Counted from the first letter of the stretch, positions 1 through 7,584 are shown. The stretch: 64,000 nucleotides of DNA from an uncultured Gammaproteobacteria bacterium (GCA_964651815.1 CAZYWG010000009.1:601-64600); one strand, 5' to 3'. The notes: generated by a model not told the origin, from the sequence alone. A program made the numbers and translations.

Positions 1-322
1 TCAGCGAAATAATTTTATTGTCAATTGGCACAGGTAGTGCTGTGTCACGGTTGAAAGCCCTTTGTTCTCTTGCACCACCAATATCTGACTTGTTTTCATA
101 GATCAGTGACTTTTCTACATTTGGTTTTTCTGGATACAGCTTGAAATGGTCGGCAAATGGCAAAAAATCTTTACCATATGACGCAATTGTTGTGAGTTCT
201 GTATCTGGCAACTGGGAAAATATATTATTCATAAATACTGCGGGGCTTCCGGCAGAAGTATATTTTGCCTGCTCAGAAATGTTGTGGTCAATGCATAAAT
301 GCCCGAAATCAAGAATTTTCAT
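1..322 (-). CDS. PfkB/ribokinase-family carbohydrate kinase, 5' part (runs off window start)
   Basis: Manual translation from ATG at 322: MKILDFGHLCIDHNISEQAKYTSAGSPAVF...IASYGKDF, resembling the PfkB N-terminus (GxxxxD, AGG/AGS, VGxD); open to the window edge. Not in the ORF track. Confidence 0.6.
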   Translation of the reverse strand, partial: MKILDFGHLCIDHNISEQAKYTSAGSPAVFMNNIFSQLPDTELTTIASYGKDFLPFADHFKLYPEKPNVEKSLIYENKSDIGGAREQRAFNRDTALPVPIDNKIISL

Positions 323-379
323 AATTTAATGCTTAAAATAAAGTGTAGCAAAAGGATTTTAAAATGCAAGAAGACAACT

Positions 380-1087
380 TTATCTTATATCGGGTAGCGA
401 AATATCTTTTTTAAACAAAACATATGATATATAAGTGGAGACATAAGGCAAAGTTCCTTTTAAAAATCCGCCTTTAAACCGTCTTCCGGAAAAAAGAACC
501 GTTGCTGAAGGAATATATTTAATTTTTCCAAGTTTTGCCACTTTAAATGATATATCAATGTCTTCTTGGGCATTTAAATTCCGGTCAAAACCTCCCGATT
601 TTTTATAAATTTTCTTGTAAACCCCAAAATTATAACCACTCAACCAATAATGTCCCAAAAAAAGTTTGTAAAAACTCATAAAACGCGGTTGGACAAAATT
701 AAAAATAGTGTTGGTCACAAAGTCACAATCATTTATTCGGCAACTGCCAGTAACTGCTACAGCACTACTTTTTTTGAGGTTTGAAACTAAATTTTCAATC
801 CAATTGTTAGATACCACAGCGTCAGAATCTGTGGACAAAATTATTTCGCCAGTAGCCGCTTTAAATCCGCAGAAACGCGCTGCCCCTCTACCTTTCTTTT
901 TTTCAGAAATCAATCTTAAGTCTAGTTTGTTTTTGTAGGCATTAACTATGTCAACTGTCTTGTCTGTTGAGTTGTTATCAACAACAATTACTTCAAATTT
1001 TTCTTTTGTTGTTTGGTGGAGAAACGCGTCAAGCGTATTTGATATGGATTTTTCTTCATTGTAAGCGGGTATAACTACTGAAACCAT
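380..1087 (-). CDS. Glycosyltransferase family 2
   Basis: VSVVIPAYNEE, VVDNNSTD, DSD (DxD), GGFD...ED motifs. Confidence 0.92.
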   Translation of the reverse strand: MVSVVIPAYNEEKSISNTLDAFLHQTTKEKFEVIVVDNNSTDKTVDIVNAYKNKLDLRLISEKKKGRGAARFCGFKAATGEIILSTDSDAVVSNNWIENLVSNLKKSSAVAVTGSCRINDCDFVTNTIFNFVQPRFMSFYKLFLGHYWLSGYNFGVYKKIYKKSGGFDRNLNAQEDIDISFKVAKLGKIKYIPSATVLFSGRRFKGGFLKGTLPYVSTYISYVLFKKDISLPDIR

Positions 1088-1093
1088 AGGACA

Positions 1094-1114
1094 ATTATAC
1101 CAAAGTGCTATAAT
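1094..1114. promoter_or_regulatory. Back-to-back extended -10 promoters (TGnTATAAT on both strands)
   Basis: Minus strand TGGTATAAT 6 nt before ATG 1087; plus strand TGCTATAAT 7 nt before GTG 1122. Confidence 0.7.
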
Positions 1115-1121
1115 TCATTAG

Positions 1122-2633
1122 GTGCCAAAAAATCTTAAACTTGGTTTTATTCTAGCAATTCTTTTCTCCTTTCTCCTTTCTTGTTGGTGGGTGTTACACG
1201 GCGACTTAACATTTTCCTCAGATATTGCACGTGACTTTTTACTTTTTTCAGAAATTGACCAGAAGCATATTGTGCTTATTGGACCAAAATCAAGCGTAGC
1301 CGGTCTTTTTCACGGCCCTTTATGGTTATATGTTAACTACCCTGCTTATTTAATAGGCCATGGAAATCCAGTGGTTGTAGCTTCTTTTTGGATTGTTTTG
1401 ATCATCTTATTCACGGGAGCCTGCTTTTATATAGGAAAAAAACTTTTTGGAGAGTTTACCGGATATTTATTTGCTTCAATGGTTGCGCTTTACATGTTTT
1501 TCCATTCTGGTGAATTTTTTAATCCATTAGGCGCCATGTTTTTAATTCCCGTTAACTTTTATCTACTCGTTAAATATCTTGAGAAATATAATATCAAATA
1601 TTTAATATGCTATATATTGCTCCTAGGATGTATCGTTCAGTTTGAATTGGCAATTGGAATTCCCTTGTTTATTCTTTCGGTTATTCTCTTGTTTATATTA
1701 ACGATCCGTGCAAAAAAACCTCTTCACCTATTAACTTTTTCTTTAATTCTCATTCCGCTAGCAAATTTCCTTGCGTTTGATATAAGGCATCAATTTATTC
1801 TTACCCACGGAGTTTTAAGATATATTTCGCCCGCAAGCGGCGATTCTGTGAAGTATAATCCATTCTTTATGATTTTTGACCGATTTAAGCTTTTAACAAT
1901 TAACGTTGAGATCCTAAGATTCGATCCTTATTACAGAAATGCGCTAACTGGCGCGATTTTTATATTCCTTTTGATATCGCAAATCAAGAATAATAAATTT
2001 AGGAAAACTTATTTGTTGTTTTTATACTTTTATGTGGGCTATTTTGTGACAACCTTTATAAATCGTGGCCCAATACTCTATTTTTACTTTTTCCCTTTCT
2101 TCCCATTTGTTTATTTAATTTTCTCATCATTCATAACATCAAAATACAAATATATTTTTCTTTTTATATTTGCTGTAATTTATTTTATGAACCTGCAATC
2201 GGCATTTAATGATATCTATGACTCAAGAACAAAGATTGGTATTGAGCAAACATCTTGGAAATTTTTGGATACAATGGCTAGCCGCGTCTATGAAGGTAGC
2301 GAAAAAGAATTTGGATATTTTGTCTATACACCTGACACAATTGCTTATGGCCCCAAATATGCCCTGCGTTATGAAGAGACGAAACATCCTGAAAAAAATG
2401 GTGCATACTTCACAAAAAAAAGAATAACTTATATTATTGTGGCTCCCCCGGCACCAAATAACCCCTACCTTTCATACACATGGTGGAGAAATGTTAGGGT
2501 TAAGATTGATAAAAATCCAACATCTGTTGTTATATTTCCAAATGGCTACAAAATAGAGAAATACGTCCTAACTGACACAGAAACTAAGATCCCTTATGAC
2601 CACGGAATAGACCCCGGACTTAATTTCAGATAA
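1122..2633 (+). CDS. Multi-pass membrane glycosyltransferase, GT-C fold (ArnT/PMT-like)
   Basis: N-terminal TM followed by FSSDIARD loop and GP..Y motif, many TM helices, soluble C-terminal domain. Confidence 0.7.
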   Translation: MPKNLKLGFILAILFSFLLSCWWVLHGDLTFSSDIARDFLLFSEIDQKHIVLIGPKSSVAGLFHGPLWLYVNYPAYLIGHGNPVVVASFWIVLIILFTGACFYIGKKLFGEFTGYLFASMVALYMFFHSGEFFNPLGAMFLIPVNFYLLVKYLEKYNIKYLICYILLLGCIVQFELAIGIPLFILSVILLFILTIRAKKPLHLLTFSLILIPLANFLAFDIRHQFILTHGVLRYISPASGDSVKYNPFFMIFDRFKLLTINVEILRFDPYYRNALTGAIFIFLLISQIKNNKFRKTYLLFLYFYVGYFVTTFINRGPILYFYFFPFFPFVYLIFSSFITSKYKYIFLFIFAVIYFMNLQSAFNDIYDSRTKIGIEQTSWKFLDTMASRVYEGSEKEFGYFVYTPDTIAYGPKYALRYEETKHPEKNGAYFTKKRITYIIVAPPAPNNPYLSYTWWRNVRVKIDKNPTSVVIFPNGYKIEKYVLTDTETKIPYDHGIDPGLNFR

Positions 2634-2647
2634 GCTTTTCTTTTACT

Positions 2648-2693
2648 TTTCTTACAGCTTTTTTATTGCTTTGTAATTGCGGTAGCATATCAT
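2648..2693 (+). promoter_or_regulatory. Promoter motif TTTCTTAC-N9-ATTGCTTTGTAA-N11-TATCAT upstream of the acidic small ORF
   Basis: Same motif and spacing recur on the minus strand at 3859-3904; TTGCTT-16-TATCAT reads as -35/-10. Confidence 0.6.
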
Positions 2694-2823
2694 CTTTATC
2701 AATCCATAAACTCTTTGACATTAATTAATATTTTGGGTTGCTTCGGTCATTTTGTGTCCGAAGTCAAGAAACTCTAAACTCATTAATATCGTTAAGAGTT
2801 TCTAAGAAAAGGGGGTGAAAAAA

Positions 2824-2967
2824 ATGGCTGATGATCAAAATCTAAAGCAAGATCAAGAAGAAAAACAAAAAGATGAAGAAGGTACCAAGGGTGGACAGGC
2901 AACAAGTCAAACGTCTGACAGTGACTTTGATTCAGATATGGGACTTGAAGAAGATTACGAAGACTAA
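2824..2967 (+). CDS. Small acidic KGG-motif protein (47 aa), possible general-stress hydrophilin
   Basis: MADDQNLKQDQEEKQKDEEGTKGGQATSQTSDSDFDSDMGLEEDYED; strong SD GGGGGTGA at 2811-2818; KGGQATS resembles the KGG repeat of YciG/GsiB/Con-10; downstream hairpin. Confidence 0.7.
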   Translation: MADDQNLKQDQEEKQKDEEGTKGGQATSQTSDSDFDSDMGLEEDYED

Positions 2968-2984
2968 CTTAGGGAAAATGTAGT

Positions 2985-3020
2985 GAAGAACAGATGGAAA
3001 TATTAATCCGTCTGTTTTTC
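2985..3020 (+). terminator. Intrinsic terminator-like hairpin between convergent genes
   Basis: GAAGAACAGATGGA pairs with TCCGTCTGTTTTTC (14 bp, two G-U pairs), with a T-run in the 3' arm. Confidence 0.55.
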
Positions 3021-3497
3021 GTACGGGAAAGCCTGTTGGTCAACCAGTGTTCTGAAAAACTTGACACTTTTCTCAAATGCCGGCGTGAAAGCTTTATGGT
3101 TATTTCGTCCAACGTGAAGTGTAATATGGAATGTTCCAATTGGGTCTCTCTTCCAATTCCAATCTGTTACCCCAGATACAGATACTTTTGATTCACCATT
3201 TGCAATCATTGCCTGACAAATGTATTCAAGCATTATGTGTTCAAACAGATGCGCCATTTCTGTTTTTTTAACTTCCACTGAAAAAGGGTAATTTTGTTCG
3301 TTAAAACAGCGGCTTTTAAACACAGTAGGGAGCATTTCGTTAAGCATTTTGTAAGTATGTGGAAGCTGGCTAGTATTTGTAACATCAGGCGCACATTGCA
3401 TTGTGATTTTGGTTTTGTAAATCCCCTTATATATCTTGAATATGAATTTTTTTTGTATAGAAAAAGTTGTAGGCTTGAAAGAGAATAAATCCGGCAT
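3003..3497 (-). CDS. Stand-alone cyanophycin synthetase N-terminal-domain-like protein (Cx18HxxEH putative Zn peptidase)
   Basis: TNTSQLPHTYKMLNEMLPTVFKSRC...TEMAHLFEHIMLEY...SGVT parallels the CphA1 N domain (SN.IPGF..RL...LPSL.EH.C...GT..GHV.EHVALEL...G.T); no ATP-grasp or Mur domains. Confidence 0.65.
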   Translation of the reverse strand: MPDLFSFKPTTFSIQKKFIFKIYKGIYKTKITMQCAPDVTNTSQLPHTYKMLNEMLPTVFKSRCFNEQNYPFSVEVKKTEMAHLFEHIMLEYICQAMIANGESKVSVSGVTDWNWKRDPIGTFHITLHVGRNNHKAFTPAFEKSVKFFRTLVDQQAFPYEKQTD

Positions 3498-3522
3498 ATT
3501 TGACTATTTGGGGTTTAACACC

Positions 3523-3577
3523 CTTACGTAAATCTTACGTATTTTTAATACTACGCCGATTTTTGCTTCCCTGTCAA
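3523..3577 (-). promoter_or_regulatory. Sigma70-type promoter TTGACA-18-TAGTAT followed by a CTTACGTA direct repeat (putative operator)
   Basis: TTGACA at 3577-3572, TAGTAT at 3553-3548; CTTACGTA twice with 11 bp period at 3523-3541. Confidence 0.55.
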
Positions 3578-3589
3578 GCAATTGCATCA

Positions 3590-3620
3590 AAAAAGCAGGC
3601 GTCGTCATAGCCTGCTTTTT
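3590..3620. terminator. Intrinsic terminator (bidirectional form)
   Basis: AAAAAGCAGGC-N9-GCCTGCTTTTT, just downstream of the stop of the 3632-3781 ORF. Confidence 0.8.
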
Positions 3621-3631
3621 AGTCCAACGTA

Positions 3632-3781
3632 TTACATGGAGATTTGAGTTACGTCCGGATTTTCAGAAGTATTATCCTTTCTTCTTTTTCTACTCGCAAG
3701 GCCACCCTTTCTTCCTGCGGCCGCATGTCCTTGGGAATCACCATGCCACCCTCTGCCTTTCTTTTGTCTTTGTGTTGCCAT
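3632..3781 (-). CDS. Small basic KGG-motif stress protein (49 aa)
   Basis: MATQRQKKGRGWHGDSQGHAAAGRKGGLASRKRRKDNTSENPDVTQISM; AGRKGG is the classic KGG motif; SD GAGGTGA 5 nt before ATG; terminator downstream. Confidence 0.8.
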   Translation of the reverse strand: MATQRQKKGRGWHGDSQGHAAAGRKGGLASRKRRKDNTSENPDVTQISM

Positions 3782-3831
3782 AATTTTCACCTCGCTTTCC
3801 TTACTTCAATCATTTTAGTGTTTGAAGAACA

Positions 3832-3904
3832 TTGATAATTATTTATCAACCAGTATGAATTTTATTAGCTACACTTTACAAAGCAATTAGAGAATAGTAA
3901 GAAA
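3832..3904 (-). promoter_or_regulatory. Promoter motif TTTCTTAC-N9-ATTGCTTTGTAA-N11-TAAAAT plus downstream palindrome TTGATAA-N4-TTATCAA
   Basis: Motif at 3904-3859 mirrors 2648-2693; palindrome at 3832-3849 lies just after the predicted start site. Confidence 0.6.
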
Positions 3905-3920
3905 GCTGAAAGAAGAGGAC

Positions 3921-4211
3921 TTATTTTGATTTTCTGGTTTTATTTTTCGAGGATTTTTTTGCTTTTTTACCCTTTTTCTCTTCCACCAATTCAATTTTAA
4001 CAAGAGTTGGAGACATAACCGGGAAGATTCTATCAACCCCAACGCCTTCCAATTGCTGTCTCACAGTGATCATTTGGTTTGATCCAGCACCTTTAACGCT
4101 TAGAATCACTCCAACAAATGGTACGTTGCGCTCACGTTTACCTTCAATTACTTTTTGAATCACGCGTACGTTTTGCCCTTCTTTAAGTTGAAGTTCTGTA
4201 TTTAAATCCAT
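3921..4211 (-). CDS. rplS: 50S ribosomal protein L19
   Basis: GQNVRV...EGKRERNVPFVGV...ITVR...GVGVDRIFPVMSP; ATG 4211 lies 8 nt after TATAAT. Confidence 0.93.
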   Translation of the reverse strand: MDLNTELQLKEGQNVRVIQKVIEGKRERNVPFVGVILSVKGAGSNQMITVRQQLEGVGVDRIFPVMSPTLVKIELVEEKKGKKAKKSSKNKTRKSK

Positions 4212-4311
4212 AGACAAGTATTATACAGGATTTGAAGCAATTTTTAAAGAGGACTAGTTGTATCAGAGGTGTTTGAACGAAAATCGAAAAACTTATGTAA
4301 ATGTTTAATTC

Positions 4312-5985
4312 CTATTTTGTGCACGATTTGAGAAATTCCACAAAAAACGGGTGAGGCTTTAAGGGTCTACTTTTATATTCAGGGTGTCCTTGCGTACCCA
4401 TATAGAAGGGGTGCACATCTTTTGGAAGTTCAATTATTTCAACCAGATCTTCTTTAACAGAACGCGCGCTTATAACTAAACCCTTTGATTCAAAGTTGTT
4501 TGTAAAATCATTATTAAACTCATATCTGTGGCGGTGCCGCTCTGATGTCAAACCCGTCTTTTCATCGATTTGGTGGAATTCACGGTAAAAATCAAATGCG
4601 CGAGTCCCTTTTTTAACTATCGCTTCCCAGCCCCCAAGCCTCATGGTTCCTCCATATGCCCTGTTTTTCATATGTTCTTTTTGAGTTTCTATTATATGAA
4701 TTACAGGATGAGTTGTTTTGGGATCATTTTCAGTGGTATTAGCATCACTAAATCCAAGTATATCGCGAGCAAAGGAAATAACGGCAAGCTGCATGCCATA
4801 ACATAACCCAAGATATGGGATTTTATTTTCTCTAGCATATGAGGCTGAAGCTATCATTCCTTCTGCACCTCTTTCACCCCAACCAATTGGGACAATTAAC
4901 CCATCGGGCTTCCCAATTATCTTCTCAGCTCCCTCTTTTTCAACTTTCTCAGCATCAATCCAGTGGGTTTTTACTTCAACTCCATTAAACCAAGAAGCAT
5001 GCTCTATTGCATCAAAAAGCGCCGCATACGAATCTCGGATCTGATACTCCCCTGTACCAAAATATTTCCCAACAATCGCAAGGTTTATAATCTTTTTCTT
5101 GGGTGCTTTAATTTTTTCAACTAGCGCTTCCCAATCTGTGAGCTTTGGAGAAATAACTTTAAGACCGAGAGTTGTCAAAATTTTGCTGTCGAGCGACTGT
5201 TTATGCAAAATTAGGGGCACTTCATAGACTGTTTCAACGTCAGGATTTGAAATAATGTGGTCTCCCTCCATGTTGCAAAAAAGCGCAAAACGGTCGCGTC
5301 TTCTCTGGTCAAGATATTTTTCAGACCTTGCAACTATAAAATCAGGCTGAATACCCATTGAATTAAGAGTACGGACAGAAAGCTGGGTAGGCTTAGTTTT
5401 TGGCTCACCTAAATGTGAAGGCGTGGGGACATAGCTTACATGAACATGAATTACATCGCCGGGATTTTTTAGAGTCATAATCCTGCTCGCTTCATAGTAA
5501 AAAACATTTTGATATTCGCCGGCTGTCCCACCTAGCTCAATCATTACAATATCAGCATCTTTTTTCTTACCTAGCGAAACAATACGTGAAATAATTTCGT
5601 CAGTTATATGCGGAATTGCCTCAACGTCTTCACCGTTGTATTCAAAACGCCTTTCACGGTCAATTACGGTCTGATAAATCCTCCCCATTGTGACAAAATT
5701 ATCAATTCCCATATCTTCATCCAAAAACTTTTCATATGACCCTATATCCATGTCTCCTTCTGTCCCGTCTTCACACAAAAAAGGGTCCCCGTGCTCTATT
5801 GGATTAATTGTGCCTGCGTCTAGATTTAGATAGTTCTCAAATTTGATCGGAGCAACTTTGTAGCCTGCGGATTTGAGTAAAAGCGCGATTGAAGCAGAAG
5901 TTATACCTTTACCGATACCTGAAATGACCCCACCGGAGACAAAAATGTATTTAGTATGTTTTGTAGCAGAATTCTTGAGCGGCAC
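4312..5985 (-). CDS. pyrG: CTP synthase
   Basis: KYIFVSGGVISGIGKG, KTKPTQ, GLCYGMQ, ERHRHRYE, HPE motifs; promoter TTGACT-17-TAGTAT 5 nt before GTG. Confidence 0.97.
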   Translation of the reverse strand: MPLKNSATKHTKYIFVSGGVISGIGKGITSASIALLLKSAGYKVAPIKFENYLNLDAGTINPIEHGDPFLCEDGTEGDMDIGSYEKFLDEDMGIDNFVTMGRIYQTVIDRERRFEYNGEDVEAIPHITDEIISRIVSLGKKKDADIVMIELGGTAGEYQNVFYYEASRIMTLKNPGDVIHVHVSYVPTPSHLGEPKTKPTQLSVRTLNSMGIQPDFIVARSEKYLDQRRRDRFALFCNMEGDHIISNPDVETVYEVPLILHKQSLDSKILTTLGLKVISPKLTDWEALVEKIKAPKKKIINLAIVGKYFGTGEYQIRDSYAALFDAIEHASWFNGVEVKTHWIDAEKVEKEGAEKIIGKPDGLIVPIGWGERGAEGMIASASYARENKIPYLGLCYGMQLAVISFARDILGFSDANTTENDPKTTHPVIHIIETQKEHMKNRAYGGTMRLGGWEAIVKKGTRAFDFYREFHQIDEKTGLTSERHRHRYEFNNDFTNNFESKGLVISARSVKEDLVEIIELPKDVHPFYMGTQGHPEYKSRPLKPHPFFVEFLKSCTK

Positions 5986-6756
5986 GATTTATACTATCAA
6001 AAAGCTCTTAAAGAGTCAATAATTAATCCTATACCTTTGCAATCTGATACCTTGCAAATTATTCTTTACACGGGGAAGAATAATGCATGTGAGAGTTTCT
6101 TTTTTGTGTTAATCTTTTAAACTCTCATTTCTTTCTTTGCATAATTTTTACTTTGTTTAAAGTATGATTTGTCGTTTTTATACCCTTTGTTTTTACACAG
6201 TATAAAGACGAAGTTTTTTAAAATATATCTTTAAAATTTGACAATTTCTAAACCTATACGTATGTACAGCGCAAACCTCTTTTAAGTTAATGTGTAAGTT
6301 AAGATTTCACAACAATTTTCTACTTAACGATACATGGTTTTTAATTTGTCTTTCCAGACTTTTAAGAGTTATCTATTTTGTGTAAGTTACTATTCAGTTA
6401 TTGATTGTTAAGAATTGTATATATTTTATGTATTTATTGACGTTAATCTTCCTAGCTTATTCTATTTTGAATCCCTTTACTTATATTTATATAAGGATAT
6501 ATACGTAGTGATTTATATTATTTTAGCTTCATTTTCATCGATTTTTGGTAGACATAAGCGTCTACCGTTTTTGTGACTTTCTATATCTATATTTATATAT
6601 TGAATTTAAGGATGACCATTTTTAACGATCAGCTTTAATTTTACTAAAAAAGCTGTATTAGGGGCCCATCCAACATACGTTGAATTACTATCCCACATAC
6701 AAACTGAGACTGAACGGTCGAGGGGCCGAATCCCGTGGTCCCTTGAAAATAACTTG

Positions 6757-6827
6757 AGCGGGGTACGAGAATTGGACTCGCTTCTCTTCCTTGGGAAGGA
6801 AGTATACTACCGGTGTACTAACCCCGC
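6757..6827 (-). tRNA. tRNA-Gly(CCC)
   Basis: Full cloverleaf GCGGGGT...ACCCCGC-T; anticodon arm CTTCC-TTCCCAA-GGAAG; T-loop TCCAATT; CCA not encoded. Confidence 0.92.
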
Positions 6828-6866
6828 GAATTTAAATATTTTATATTTTTGGTAAATGAAACGCAA

Positions 6867-7472
6867 TTAGCGGGGAAGGATAAATTTGTTACCTGCATGA
6901 ATAAGGTCGGGGTTTGCTAAGTGGTTTGCCTGCGCGATCTCAACCCACTTGTATCCGTCTCCATATGCACGTACTGCTATGGTCCAAAGATTATCCCCAC
7001 GCACGACTGTATATGAATTCTCTACTATTTTCTCTTGAGGCGGGACATTTTGCATAAGGGTTTGAGGTTCCGGCGTTGGGCTTACAACCGGTCTTGGAGT
7101 GATTGTAAGTGGAACGTTTGGTACAACAATCTTGGTCCCTTGTTCAATTTCATCCGGATTCATAATATTATTTACAACGGCAAGCTTTGTCCATTGGTAA
7201 CCGTCATTATAAATTTTTTGCGAAATTGTCCAAAGACTATCCCCCTCTTGAACTACATAAGTTTTGTTTTCTGCTATTCTAAATGTTTGAACACCAGGTT
7301 CGCCAACCGTCCCTGTTTTACGCATTACGCTTACGCCTAAAAAAGCAACAATACAAAGAACAATTACTGTTATTGCGCCATACAAAAGACTTGCGTATGA
7401 ATAGCTGGATTTTTTTACTTGACTTCTAGAAGACTTACTTAAATTCTTTGATGATCTGCCGCGCTTTGCCAT
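6867..7472 (-). CDS. Membrane-anchored protein with two LysM peptidoglycan-binding domains
   Basis: N-terminal TM; YVVQEGDSLWTIS...NNIMNPDEI and YTVVRGDNLWTIA...NPDLIHAG repeats with a Pro/Thr linker. Confidence 0.92.
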   Translation of the reverse strand: MAKRGRSSKNLSKSSRSQVKKSSYSYASLLYGAITVIVLCIVAFLGVSVMRKTGTVGEPGVQTFRIAENKTYVVQEGDSLWTISQKIYNDGYQWTKLAVVNNIMNPDEIEQGTKIVVPNVPLTITPRPVVSPTPEPQTLMQNVPPQEKIVENSYTVVRGDNLWTIAVRAYGDGYKWVEIAQANHLANPDLIHAGNKFILPR

Positions 7473-7501
7473 AAATAATATTCCTTGGGCAGAATCACTA
7501 A

Positions 7502-7553
7502 AATATAAACTTTGAGATGTGGTTTGTCAACCCCGATTAAATCGGGGTTGACA
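7502..7553 (-). promoter_or_regulatory. LysM gene promoter TTGACA-17-TATATT, with the -35 embedded in a 14 bp inverted repeat
   Basis: TGTCAACCCCGATT-A-AATCGGGGTTGACA (7525-7553); could also terminate the tRNA-Asp transcript. Confidence 0.6.
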
Positions 7554-7584
7554 CCAATTTAAAGTGAGTCAATTTAAAAAATTG

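Noticed and set aside
141-329. 62 aa plus-strand ORF in the track
   Set aside because: Antisense to the PfkB-like gene on the minus strand; no motif or start context.
2994-3835. Plus-strand ORFs 2994-3191, 3294-3488 and 3644-3835
   Set aside because: Shadows of the minus-strand HxxEH gene and the basic KGG gene, which have motifs, promoters and (for the KGG gene) an SD.
6315-6325. AATTTTCTACT, resembling the Cas12a repeat 5' handle
   Set aside because: Single occurrence in AT-rich DNA, no repeat-spacer array and no cas genes; no CRISPR array was seen in the window.
6474-6502. Possible dif site (AT-rich imperfect palindrome)
   Set aside because: Poor match to both XerC and XerD arms; expected by chance at this AT content.
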